A model generated the notes under the pieces. It did not search any database. It saw only the letters and a program-made list of their open reading frames with translations, and was not told the DNA's origin. A stretch of 64,000 nucleotides of DNA from Parcubacteria group bacterium (GTDB taxonomy: Bacteria > Patescibacteriota > Minisyncoccia > Moranbacterales > UBA2206). A program made the position numbers and the translations under genes. This document shows, piece by piece, positions 1 through 8,833 of the stretch; the stretch's first letter is position 1, and each line of letters starts with the position of its first letter. The DNA lies in the NCBI GenBank assembly GCA_041661275.1, contig JBAZUU010000002.1, positions 137,148 through 201,147 on the forward strand, written 5' to 3'.

Positions 1-2
1 GG

Positions 3-770
3 CTCACGCCGCTTAAGATTATAAATTTCAGAAAGCGATTCGGACAGACAGCCGCTTTTGACGCCGGCATAAAAGAAGCCAAGGGCGAGATCATCATCAC
101 TATGGACGGTGATCTGCAAAATGATCCGGCAGACATAAAATTGCTGCTGCAAGAGATGGACAAGGGCTTTGATGTGGTTTCCGGTTGGCGGCAATCAAGA
201 AAAGATCCGATCATGAAAAAAGTTTTCTCGCGCACGGCCAATCTTCTTCGCAAGATTCTTATTCGGGATAATATACATGATTCCGGGTGTTCGCTCAAAG
301 CTTTTCGGCGCGCTTGTTTTCATGACGTCGATCTTTTTGGCGAGATGCACCGATTTATCCCGGCTATATTGGAGATGCAGGGCTATAAAGTTGGTGAGGT
401 TGTCGTGTCGCATCATCCGCGATTGCACGGCAAAACAAAATATAACTGGAAAAGGGGACTCAAGGGTTTTGTTGATATGATTTCTGTCTGGTTCTGGCGA
501 AAATATGCCAATCGGCCACTACACCTTTTTGGCGGTTCCGGAATAGTCGCAGCCATTCTAGGAATGGCCATACTCATTTGGATGGCTATTGAAAAAATAT
601 TCTATGGCGCGTCGCTGGCCGAAAAGATCTGGCCACTTATGGGTGTATTTTTCATTATGATCGGCATCCAACTTTTCATTTTTGGCCTTATGGCGGACAT
701 TATGATCAAAAATTATTACAAAGAAAGGAAGACGATGAATTACTCAATAAAGGAGATTGTGGAGCAGTAG
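3..770 (+). CDS. GT2 glycosyltransferase, polyprenol-phosphate sugar synthase (ArnC/DPM1-like); 5'-truncated by the window edge
   Basis: Frame is open from position 3; motifs FGQTAAF, DGDLQNDP, HDSGCSLK, GEMHRFIP; two C-terminal TM helices. Confidence 0.9.
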   Translation, partial: LTPLKIINFRKRFGQTAAFDAGIKEAKGEIIITMDGDLQNDPADIKLLLQEMDKGFDVVSGWRQSRKDPIMKKVFSRTANLLRKILIRDNIHDSGCSLKAFRRACFHDVDLFGEMHRFIPAILEMQGYKVGEVVVSHHPRLHGKTKYNWKRGLKGFVDMISVWFWRKYANRPLHLFGGSGIVAAILGMAILIWMAIEKIFYGASLAEKIWPLMGVFFIMIGIQLFIFGLMADIMIKNYYKERKTMNYSIKEIVEQ

Positions 771-782
771 GTAAATATTTAA

Positions 783-820
783 CCGATTCGAATCAACGAA
801 TGTATTCGAATTCACGAATA
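783..820 (+). repeat. Left inverted repeat of the GxxExxY cassette (CGAAT units)
   Basis: ccgattcgaatcaacgaat (783-801) matches the reverse complement of 1230-1248 at 18/19. Confidence 0.85.
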
Positions 821-1198
821 ATAAAAAAGAACATACAAGTTTTATATCCAGAACTATCCTATAAGCTAAACGGGATATGTTTTATTGTTCACAATAGAAT
901 TGGCAGATTTAGTAGGGAGAAACAATATGCAGACGAGCTAGAAAACGAATTTAAAAAAGAAAAAATAAAATATTGTCGAGAAATGAGGATTTATAGAGAT
1001 GAAAATTTCTCGGGGAATATAATAGATTTTATTATTGACGATCGTGTTATTTTAGAGATAAAGGCCAAGAGCGTTCTAACTAAGCAGGATTATTATCAGG
1101 CAAAAAGATATTTAATTTCATTGAAAAAGGACTTGTGTTTGTTGGTTAATTTCAGAGATACTTTTCTAAAACCAAAAAGAGTATTAAATAAAGTATAA
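800..1198 (+). CDS. GxxExxY protein (PD-(D/E)xK nuclease superfamily)
   Basis: LYPELSYKLNGICFIVHN, GRFSREKQY, IDFIIDDRVILEIK, QAKRYL, LLVNF; about 130 aa. Confidence 0.9.
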   Translation: MYSNSRIIKKNIQVLYPELSYKLNGICFIVHNRIGRFSREKQYADELENEFKKEKIKYCREMRIYRDENFSGNIIDFIIDDRVILEIKAKSVLTKQDYYQAKRYLISLKKDLCLLVNFRDTFLKPKRVLNKV

Positions 1199-1212
1199 AT
1201 TTTTTACGGGAC

Positions 1213-1248
1213 ATTCGTAGATTCGGATGATTCGTAGATTCGAATCGG
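1213..1248 (-). repeat. Right inverted repeat of the GxxExxY cassette
   Basis: attcgtagattcggatgattcgtagattcgaatcgg mirrors 783-820. Confidence 0.85.
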
Positions 1249-1251
1249 CTT

Positions 1252-2559
1252 ATGAAAATAGCGATAATTGGTACTGGTTATGTCGGGCTAGTCAGCGGAA
1301 CTTGTTTTTCGGAATTTGGTCACACAGTCGTTTGTATTGATAAGGATAAAAATAAAATAGAAGCGCTCAAAAATGGGCAGATGCCTATTTATGAACAGGG
1401 ACTGGAAGAAATGGTGAAAAATAATGTGGAAGCGGGGAAGCTTTCTTTCACGCTTGATTTGGCAGAGGCTATGGCCGACGCGGAGGCTGTTTTTATCGCT
1501 GTTGGCACGCCGACATCACGCCGCGGAGATGGATATGCCGATCTGACCTATGTCTACGAAGCAGCCAAAGATATTGCGCCACACCTGAAAAACTATGCGG
1601 TCATCGTAGGCAAAAGCACAGTTCCAGTGGGGACGGCCAGGGAAGTCAAAAGAATTATAAAAGAAGAAAATCCCGAAGCTGATTTTGACGTGGCGTCCAA
1701 CCCGGAGTTTTTGAAAGAAGGAGTGGCCATCGCTGACTTTATGAACCCGGATAGAGTAGTTATTGGGGTGGAAACTCAAAGGGCGGAAGATGTTTTGCGC
1801 CATATTTATGAGCCATTGAATTCACAAAATACTCCGCTGGTGGTGACAAATCTGGAAACAGCCGAACTGATCAAATACGCTTCCAACGCATTTCTAGCAG
1901 TCAAGATCAGCTATATCAACGATATGGCCAACTTGTGCGAGAAAGTAGGAGCGGATGTAGTAACGCTGGCCGAAGGGATGGGACTGGATCCGCGGATCGG
2001 GGATAAATTTCTCAATGCCGGACCAGGCTACGGAGGCTCATGCTTTCCTAAAGACACCCTGGCGCTCAATAAAACGGCTCAGGAGCGCGGAGCGGCTCTC
2101 CGGATAGTAGAAGCAGCCATCGAGATAAATTCCGCCCAGAAAGCGCGTATGGTGAGGAAAATAAAAGAAGCGCTAGGCGGGTCGGAAGCTGGAAAAACCG
2201 TGGCTTGTCTTGGACTCACTTTCAAAGCGGAAACGGACGATATGCGCGACGCCCAATCATTGACCATTTTGCCGGCACTCACCGAAAAAGGGGCGAAAGT
2301 GCGGGCGCATGATCCACAAGGAGAAGAAGCGGCCAAAAAACTGATGCCGGAACTGGCCTATTGCGATGATATATATGAAACTTGTGAGGGCGCGGATGCC
2401 GTTATTATTATGACTGAATGGAACCAATACCGCGCGCTCGATCTCGACAAAATAAAATCCCTCATGAAAACCCCGGTATTCATAGATTTACGAAATCTTT
2501 ACGACCCGGTACACGTGAAAGAAAAAGGATTCAAGTATTTTGGGGTGGGGAGAAATTAA
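1252..2559 (+). CDS. ugd: UDP-glucose 6-dehydrogenase
   Basis: GTGYVG Rossmann motif, SNPEFLKEG, catalytic GYGGSCFPKD. Confidence 0.93.
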   Translation: MKIAIIGTGYVGLVSGTCFSEFGHTVVCIDKDKNKIEALKNGQMPIYEQGLEEMVKNNVEAGKLSFTLDLAEAMADAEAVFIAVGTPTSRRGDGYADLTYVYEAAKDIAPHLKNYAVIVGKSTVPVGTAREVKRIIKEENPEADFDVASNPEFLKEGVAIADFMNPDRVVIGVETQRAEDVLRHIYEPLNSQNTPLVVTNLETAELIKYASNAFLAVKISYINDMANLCEKVGADVVTLAEGMGLDPRIGDKFLNAGPGYGGSCFPKDTLALNKTAQERGAALRIVEAAIEINSAQKARMVRKIKEALGGSEAGKTVACLGLTFKAETDDMRDAQSLTILPALTEKGAKVRAHDPQGEEAAKKLMPELAYCDDIYETCEGADAVIIMTEWNQYRALDLDKIKSLMKTPVFIDLRNLYDPVHVKEKGFKYFGVGRN

Positions 2560-2615
2560 ATTTTGAATTTTTGTACCTTATTTTCAACTAATCCGCAGAA
2601 AAGGAGGCAACGGTT

Positions 2616-2732
2616 ATGTTATTACGAAGCTTTCGGGATTTCGCGAGAGAACCAATTTTTGTGAGAGCGGCCATAGTAGTATTTTTGGTTGTTGTAGTTG
2701 GAGCAATGGTTGCGGGCATTTTTTTGCCATAA
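2616..2732 (+). CDS. 38-aa single-TM micropeptide (not in the ORF track)
   Basis: SD AAGGAGG at 2601-2607; translates MLLRSFRDFAREPIFVRAAIVVFLVVVVGAMVAGIFLP. Confidence 0.6.
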   Translation: MLLRSFRDFAREPIFVRAAIVVFLVVVVGAMVAGIFLP

Positions 2733-2751
2733 ATCTTCAAGAAAGCATCTT

Positions 2752-2813
2752 GGTCGGAGTTTCTGCTCCTGAATCCCGCTTGTCGGGAAACAAAGCAGGG
2801 TTCCGACTTTTTT
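2752..2813 (+). terminator. Branched hairpin followed by a T-run, downstream of the micropeptide
   Basis: gtcggagtttctgct pairs with agcagggttccgac, then a T-run. Confidence 0.55.
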
Positions 2814-2818
2814 AAATC

Positions 2819-2985
2819 AAAAAGACCCCGGCGATAACGCTGGAGCCTTTTCTTTCCCTTAATAATCTGCCAATCATAAGTAATTTTGGAACTGAGTAAG
2901 TACTAGAAAAATTTGATGTACATGTTAATCAGGAACTAGTCATTGGCAAGTTGTTAAGGGAAAATCGTACTATCTTTTATTACGA
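2819..2985 (-). ncRNA. Candidate ~165-nt structured small RNA
   Basis: Consensus promoter at 3020-2992, long stem 2853-2876/2940-2963, terminator 2851-2819, no meaningful ORF. Confidence 0.55.
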
Positions 2986-2991
2986 CTACCC

Positions 2992-3020
2992 ATTATACAC
3001 CCAAATTAACAAAAAGTCAA
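2992..3020 (-). promoter_or_regulatory. Sigma70 promoter with extended -10
   Basis: Minus strand TTGACT-N17-TATAAT with TG in the spacer just upstream of the -10. Confidence 0.75.
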
Positions 3021-3132
3021 GGGCATGTTTGCCGACTGCCAAATTGCGGCTTGTTTAAGGGGAAATATGGCAGGCGAAAAGTTGTACTATTTTAATTGAG
3101 AAATAAATATAGAATAGAAGGGGGTGATATAT

Positions 3133-3333
3133 ATGATGATGGCAAGTTGCAAGGATATGGGCGCAGATTGTGATTTTGTGGCCAAAGGCGAAACAGCATA
3201 TGATGTGAAAATGAAAATGATGGAGCACGCCAAGATGGATCACAAAGATATGATGGCCAAGATGGAAAGTATGTCTGATGACGAAAAGAAGAAGAATTGG
3301 GAGATGATGCTGAAAAATATGAAATGCGCTTAA
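3133..3333 (+). CDS. DUF1059-like small metal-binding protein, Met-rich
   Basis: CKDMGADCDFVAKGET and HAKMDH pattern; SD-like GGGGTG before the ATG at 3133. Confidence 0.8.
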   Translation: MMMASCKDMGADCDFVAKGETAYDVKMKMMEHAKMDHKDMMAKMESMSDDEKKKNWEMMLKNMKCA

Positions 3334-3361
3334 TCTAGCTAGTACTATTTAAATAGTATTT

Positions 3362-3397
3362 ACCAAAAACAACTTCCGCGAGGGGGTTGTTTTTGGT
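3362..3397 (+). terminator. Intrinsic terminator
   Basis: accaaaaacaacttcc-gcga-gggggttgtttttggt. Confidence 0.75.
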
Positions 3398-3458
3398 TGG
3401 GGGTGTACAGCTGCTTGGTTTTGTGGGATAATAGAGGTGTAAAAAATAAAATAAAAAA

Positions 3459-6400
3459 ATGAAACTAATCAAGAGAGGGTTAGTTAAAAAAATAGCGAGA
3501 TATTTTTTTGTATTAATATTCTCTTTTTTATTTTTTTCAATTTCTACAACTTTCGCTCAAGATACTGAAAATTCATTTCATATTCCTGGCACTCTTGAGG
3601 GAACGGGAAAACATTTTGAAATTACTGATAGCGAATATCTGAACATATCCTTAGACAGTAGTGAACGTATAGATGTCCGGATAGAATCGATGCCGGAGAT
3701 GATAATTTTACAGTTAAAATCTTCTCCTGACAATGATTCTGCCGAGATTAATATATCAGGGTTATCTTCTAAAACTACTTACCACAAATACGAAGATGAC
3801 TATCAAAATTACGCGCCACTTATAACTAATGAGTATGGCGCGTTTTCTTTTGAACAGGATTTGACCCAAGATCACATTATTTTCATCCAACCAAGAAAAA
3901 GCACAAAGATTATAAAGGATGATGCAACGGGATATGATTGCGGAGGAAGAAATGGCGTTGCCGGGATCGGTAATTGGAACGCATCTTCCAAAACATGCAC
4001 GCTAAACAAGGATGTACAAGAAACTATTCAAATCAATAGTGATGATATAACTCTGGATGGAAATGGGCACAATGTAACTGGATCAAATACGGGAAATGGC
4101 ATTTATGCTTTGGGCAAACGAAACATTATTAAAAATATTAACGTCAGCAATTTTTCATATGGAATTTATCTTCGCAACAGTGGTTCAGTGACTGCCAGTA
4201 CGGCAACAAATAATTATTACGGAATATATGTCTATGGCAATAGCGCAAATCCTCCTGGTGTTACCATTTCAAATAATTCCATTTTCAACAATCATAACTA
4301 TGGCATAAGTTTATTTTACACCAAAGATAATGAAATATCCGATAATATTGTTGGGCCAGGGCATTGGGTTGGTCTTTTTCAAACATCATCAGAGAATAGT
4401 ATCATCGAAAGAAATGATTTTTTTGAAAATCAATACGGGTTAAATCTCAATGGGGATTACAACAATCTCAACGGAAACACAATACGCAACAATAGCACAT
4501 CAAATTTTTATCTTGAAAGTAGTGATATGTCGACAAACAGTATAGGAACAGACAATACAATCGATGGAATGCCAATTTATTATGAAAAAAATGTTTCAAA
4601 TGAAACATATGATTCAATCAATATGGGAGCATTCTATTGCGCTAATTGCCAGAATATCACACTTAAAAATATTTCCTTTTCGGGAAAAGAAGCGCAAATG
4701 TTCTTTTGGCATACTGACAATTCTTTTGTAGAAGAAATAAGTTCTGCGGATAAAAGTATTGATGCCAGGCTGTATTATTCATCCAACAATACAATTGCAA
4801 AAAACACAATTGGCTCCATAAGGATTTATAAATCAAGCAACGAAAACAAGATATATAATAACAATATAATGACCGATGATTCCGGATATACGATAGCAAA
4901 TTCCTCTTTTGGTAATTTATTCAACGAGCCTTTACCGACAGGTGGAAATTATTGGAAGGCAAATGAATCTACTTGCAGGGATTTGAACAATGACAAAATT
5001 TGCGATACTCCGTTCTATTTTGATACCGGCGAAGACGATTATCCCTGGATCCAAGAGAATGATTTCAGTATGCCTTCAGGCAACTCTAACGTAATGTTTT
5101 TGCCGGGGATAAAGGCCAGCCGGCTTTATAAAAAAGATTCCGGCGGAGGCGAAGACCAGCTTTGGGAGCCGAACTATTTTGGAAATGATCTGGAAGATCT
5201 GACTTTGGATGAGAATGGGGAAAGTGTGAATAGCGTCTATACGCGTGATGTGATTGATGAGATAGGAACATCGTGGCTGGGACTCGGACCGAATATCTAT
5301 AAAACATTTATCAATCAACTCGCGTTGTTGAAAAATGACGGTACGATTAATGATTATAATATTTTCGCTTACGACTGGCGGCAAAGTGTGGAAGATATTG
5401 CCGAAAATGGAACGCCGTATAATGGAGAAATAAAATCAGCTATCGCGGAATTAGAAAGTCTGGCGGGAAGTTCCAAGAGCAAAAAAGTGACTTTGGTTGC
5501 CCATTCCAACGGCGGGCTCTTGGCCAAAGCTATAATGTTGGAGCTCGAAAAAACAGGAAAAGCTGACAAAGTGGACAAAATTGTTTTTGTCGGAACGCCG
5601 CAAATGGGCACGCCAAAGGCGATATTATCGATGCTCTATGGCTATGACGAGTCAGCGATTTTTGGAACACTCATTTCGGAGTCAGCTTCCCGTAAACTGG
5701 TCGAGAATATGCCAGGCGCTTATGGTCTTTTGCCGTCAGAAAAATATTTCGAGCGGACGGAGGAACCGTTTATTAATTTTTTGTCGGAGAATACAAAATA
5801 TAAAAGTTTTATGGATGCCTATCAAAGTGGTATTGATAGCTTCGGAGAATTCAGAGAATTTTTGACAGGATCTGGAGATGGCCGGGAAAAGCCGGATGAA
5901 AATGATGTGGAATCGGAGAACAAACTCAGTGGAAATCTTTTTGATCAGGCAGGCGAGTTGCATGATAATTTAGATGGCTGGACGGCACCGGAAAATATTC
6001 AGATAATTGAAATTGCCGGGTGGGGATTGGATACAATAACTGGCGTAGATTATACGGAAAAAGAAAAAGCCGAATGTTATTCTTATTTGGGTTATATCGT
6101 GCCATCCTGCGCCGGAACGGGGAAATATGAACCGGTTTATGAACCAAAATTTACTGTGGATGGAGACAAGGTGGTGACAGCGCCCAGCGCTTTGATGCTT
6201 CCGGAAGGAAGTAATGTGAAGAGGTATTGGGTGGATTTGTATAGGTATAACCACGATCCAATAGTTAATAAAAATCAAAATCATAGTAGTATTTTTGAAG
6301 TTAGTTCTATTCAACAATTTCTTTCAGATATTATTAAAAACACAAGTAATCCTCCCTTACCTGAATATATAAAAACAGCTCGTCCAAATGATTATAATAA

Positions 6401-7724
6401 CGCAAAGCCACGCATTCGCATGTCTCTCTATTCTCCACTGGATATCCATCTCTATGATGAAAATGGAAATCATACTGGACCAAAAAAAGTTACTGATGAA
6501 AATGGAAAAGAGGGAATAATTTTTGAAGAGAATATTCCCAACAGCTACTATTATCAATTCGGTGATCGTAAATATGTTGGTGTGCCAGGTGAAGAAAACA
6601 TCCATATGACTATGGATGGATACGATAATGGAGCTTATACATTGAAGATGGAAGAAGTCATGGAAACTGTCGGCGGCGAAGAAATAATATCTCATACTAC
6701 CTTTGCCGATCTTCCAGTATCGCCTGAAACATCTGTAGCAGTAGATATTCCAGAATCAGGACTTGACAGCTTGTCCAATCTGGAAGCGGATTTTGATGGA
6801 AATGGAGAGGGTGACTATGAAGTTATCCCAATTCCTAATGGTGAAGCTACTCTTCCTGATATGATTCCCCCGCAAACCGCGATTGAGTTATCAGGGACGG
6901 AGGGTGATAATAATTGGTATGCCAGCGATGTCGCGGTGAAGCTTACTGCTGTGGACAATGAAGGAGGATCGGGAGTGAATACAATTTCTTATTCTTTTGA
7001 CAATGGTGCGTCATGGCAAGAATATTTTAATTCGGTGAACATCTCCGGAGAAGGAATATTTAGTTTTCAATATTTTTCCACTGATAAAAAGGGGAACAAG
7101 GAAGAGATAAAAACAGAAAGCATAAAAATAGACAGGACTGCCCCGGAAGCAAAATTTACATTTGATCAAAACAATCAGAAATTTAATATTATTGGGATGG
7201 ATAATTTGTCGCAAAATATTGCGGTTGAGACAGAAGAGCAGGCAGTCAATTCAAAGCCGGAAACCAAAAGGGGGATATTTTTCTGGATTTTTGATATAAT
7301 CAAGAACAGAAAGAAAGAAAAAAACATCATTGCGACTTTGCGTGATGAAGCCGGGAATGAAACGAAAATCAATTTTACGAAGAAAGAAAATAATGATCAT
7401 TTTATCAATATTTTCCCGGAGTCTATTTCGTATAATGGCGTAAAAACGGATTTTTCCAAATCATCGTTGCAATATAAATGGCTTCTGAATTGGAGAAAGA
7501 AAAACTATGTTCTTTTCGGATCGCACATTATGGCAGGAGATGAGCTTTTGGAATCGCACTATCTCCCCAAAAGAAATGAAACGTGGATAATGCAAAGGCC
7601 AAGAGAGCTTGATGACGATGATAATGACGATGACGCGGAGAGGCGTCCAGTCTGGAAAAAGCTTTCTGGAATGGTTGTGCCCTTCATCCAAACGGAACAA
7701 GGAAAAATTGAAATAAAATATTAA
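3459..7724 (+). CDS. Large secreted protein: parallel beta-helix (NosD/CASH) + alpha/beta-hydrolase (LCAT/lipase-like) + Ig/OmpL47-like domain
   Basis: Signal peptide; NNxYGIYL repeats; PGIKAS, YDWRQ, nucleophile elbow AHSNGG, GTPQMG; DMIPPQT...IKIDRTAP. Confidence 0.8.
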   Translation: MKLIKRGLVKKIARYFFVLIFSFLFFSISTTFAQDTENSFHIPGTLEGTGKHFEITDSEYLNISLDSSERIDVRIESMPEMIILQLKSSPDNDSAEINISGLSSKTTYHKYEDDYQNYAPLITNEYGAFSFEQDLTQDHIIFIQPRKSTKIIKDDATGYDCGGRNGVAGIGNWNASSKTCTLNKDVQETIQINSDDITLDGNGHNVTGSNTGNGIYALGKRNIIKNINVSNFSYGIYLRNSGSVTASTATNNYYGIYVYGNSANPPGVTISNNSIFNNHNYGISLFYTKDNEISDNIVGPGHWVGLFQTSSENSIIERNDFFENQYGLNLNGDYNNLNGNTIRNNSTSNFYLESSDMSTNSIGTDNTIDGMPIYYEKNVSNETYDSINMGAFYCANCQNITLKNISFSGKEAQMFFWHTDNSFVEEISSADKSIDARLYYSSNNTIAKNTIGSIRIYKSSNENKIYNNNIMTDDSGYTIANSSFGNLFNEPLPTGGNYWKANESTCRDLNNDKICDTPFYFDTGEDDYPWIQENDFSMPSGNSNVMFLPGIKASRLYKKDSGGGEDQLWEPNYFGNDLEDLTLDENGESVNSVYTRDVIDEIGTSWLGLGPNIYKTFINQLALLKNDGTINDYNIFAYDWRQSVEDIAENGTPYNGEIKSAIAELESLAGSSKSKKVTLVAHSNGGLLAKAIMLELEKTGKADKVDKIVFVGTPQMGTPKAILSMLYGYDESAIFGTLISESASRKLVENMPGAYGLLPSEKYFERTEEPFINFLSENTKYKSFMDAYQSGIDSFGEFREFLTGSGDGREKPDENDVESENKLSGNLFDQAGELHDNLDGWTAPENIQIIEIAGWGLDTITGVDYTEKEKAECYSYLGYIVPSCAGTGKYEPVYEPKFTVDGDKVVTAPSALMLPEGSNVKRYWVDLYRYNHDPIVNKNQNHSSIFEVSSIQQFLSDIIKNTSNPPLPEYIKTARPNDYNNAKPRIRMSLYSPLDIHLYDENGNHTGPKKVTDENGKEGIIFEENIPNSYYYQFGDRKYVGVPGEENIHMTMDGYDNGAYTLKMEEVMETVGGEEIISHTTFADLPVSPETSVAVDIPESGLDSLSNLEADFDGNGEGDYEVIPIPNGEATLPDMIPPQTAIELSGTEGDNNWYASDVAVKLTAVDNEGGSGVNTISYSFDNGASWQEYFNSVNISGEGIFSFQYFSTDKKGNKEEIKTESIKIDRTAPEAKFTFDQNNQKFNIIGMDNLSQNIAVETEEQAVNSKPETKRGIFFWIFDIIKNRKKEKNIIATLRDEAGNETKINFTKKENNDHFINIFPESISYNGVKTDFSKSSLQYKWLLNWRKKNYVLFGSHIMAGDELLESHYLPKRNETWIMQRPRELDDDDNDDDAERRPVWKKLSGMVVPFIQTEQGKIEIKY

Positions 7725-7747
7725 TAATTAATAAAGAAAATAAATTT

Positions 7748-8125
7748 ATGGAAAAGACATATCTGTGGAGAATTTTAACAATTTTACTTAGCCTTGTGCT
7801 ATTAGGTGCAGCGTATCTTATGAATGGACGAAATATTCTTTATTTGGAATCAATTAGTAGCCCATTGTTTGTTTTGAGTATGGCCATGTTGTTAGTTTCT
7901 ATCATCCTTCTTTTTATCAACGACAGAATTTTTCTCAAATGGCTTCGGTTTGCCATAGTTTGGGTTATTTTGTCAATAATTCTAATCGCGCTTACTCCCG
8001 AATATTCCGGCGGTTGGGTTCCTATGAATCCTGATCGGGAGTCGGTTTCCATTTGGATGGGTTCGCTTTTTGTTGTTTTGAGCCTGGCTAAAATTATTTG
8101 GGATTCATGGAAAGAGAAAAAATAA
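7748..8125 (+). CDS. Small 4-TM membrane protein
   Basis: Four hydrophobic segments; directly downstream of the lipase-like gene. Confidence 0.75.
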   Translation: MEKTYLWRILTILLSLVLLGAAYLMNGRNILYLESISSPLFVLSMAMLLVSIILLFINDRIFLKWLRFAIVWVILSIILIALTPEYSGGWVPMNPDRESVSIWMGSLFVVLSLAKIIWDSWKEKK

Positions 8126-8226
8126 TAGGAAAAAAACACTGGGTATTCAGTCTAGTAGTGCTCGTGGTTGTTATAATCGCGGTATTAATTATTGTAGACA
8201 TGTTTTCAATTGGAACAATTTATTAA
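8107..8226 (+). CDS. Possible 39-aa single-TM peptide overlapping the end of the previous gene
   Basis: MEREKIIGKKHWVFSLVVLVVVIIAVLIIVDMFSIGTIY. Confidence 0.35.
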   Translation: MEREKIIGKKHWVFSLVVLVVVIIAVLIIVDMFSIGTIY

Positions 8227-8293
8227 TTTTGAAAAAAATATTTGGGACACATGGAAAGAAAAAAATAATCCCCAATCTTAAATTAAGGTTGAA

Positions 8294-8314
8294 TCCTTGA
8301 GCGACGCTCAAGGA
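8294..8314. repeat. Short intergenic palindrome
   Basis: tccttgagc-gac-gctcaagga. Confidence 0.6.
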
Positions 8315-8384
8315 CTGCTCATAAAAACATAAAAAGGAGCGCGAACTCCTTCCTATGCTTGCTACAGGTTAGACTTAGATAAAT

Positions 8385-8633
8385 CTAAACGCCGTAACTA
8401 CGTGTTTTTTCATGACAGGGAACGCATAATATTCGACAATTATCAACGGTATCAGAACCGCCAGCTTCTTGTGAAATAATATGGTGCGCATGCCATTTCC
8501 GATCCTCAATTTTATTTTGAGGATCAAGCATCTTGTTGCATCGACCATTATGATTGCAGGCGCCTAAGGTGCATTCACACTTTCCGCCCGCTCTACGCCA
8601 CGCTTGGTTGATGACTTCTTGAGAAAAAGCCAT
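8385..8633 (-). CDS. Small HNH endonuclease
   Basis: KCEC...C, WHAHHI, GGSDTVDNCRILCVPCH; minus-strand TTGACT...TGCTATAAT promoter upstream (about 8747-8720). Confidence 0.85.
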   Translation of the reverse strand: MAFSQEVINQAWRRAGGKCECTLGACNHNGRCNKMLDPQNKIEDRKWHAHHIISQEAGGSDTVDNCRILCVPCHEKTRSYGV

Positions 8634-8799
8634 TGCGTTACATTATGGCCTTACCCCTAGAATAAAGTCTTGTTGGTTATCCGACTTCTAGGGAATCGGA
8701 AAGACGTCTTCAATTTAATATTATAGCAGCTGTATTATTTTAGTCAAGTGCATTTATGCACAACTATAAAGTTATCCACAATCACTATAATAAAGGTAG

Positions 8800-8827
8800 T
8801 TGACGTGTACAAACAGTCATATATAAT
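8800..8827 (+). promoter_or_regulatory. Promoter of the lexA-RM operon; probably leaderless
   Basis: TTGACG-N16-TATAAT; the predicted +1 falls near the ATG at 8834; TGAC...GTCA dyad at 8801-8819. Confidence 0.6.
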
Positions 8828-8833
8828 GTATAT

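Noticed and set aside
7611-7634. GAT/GAC trinucleotide run
   Set aside because: It simply encodes an Asp-rich stretch (DDDDNDDD) in the large protein.
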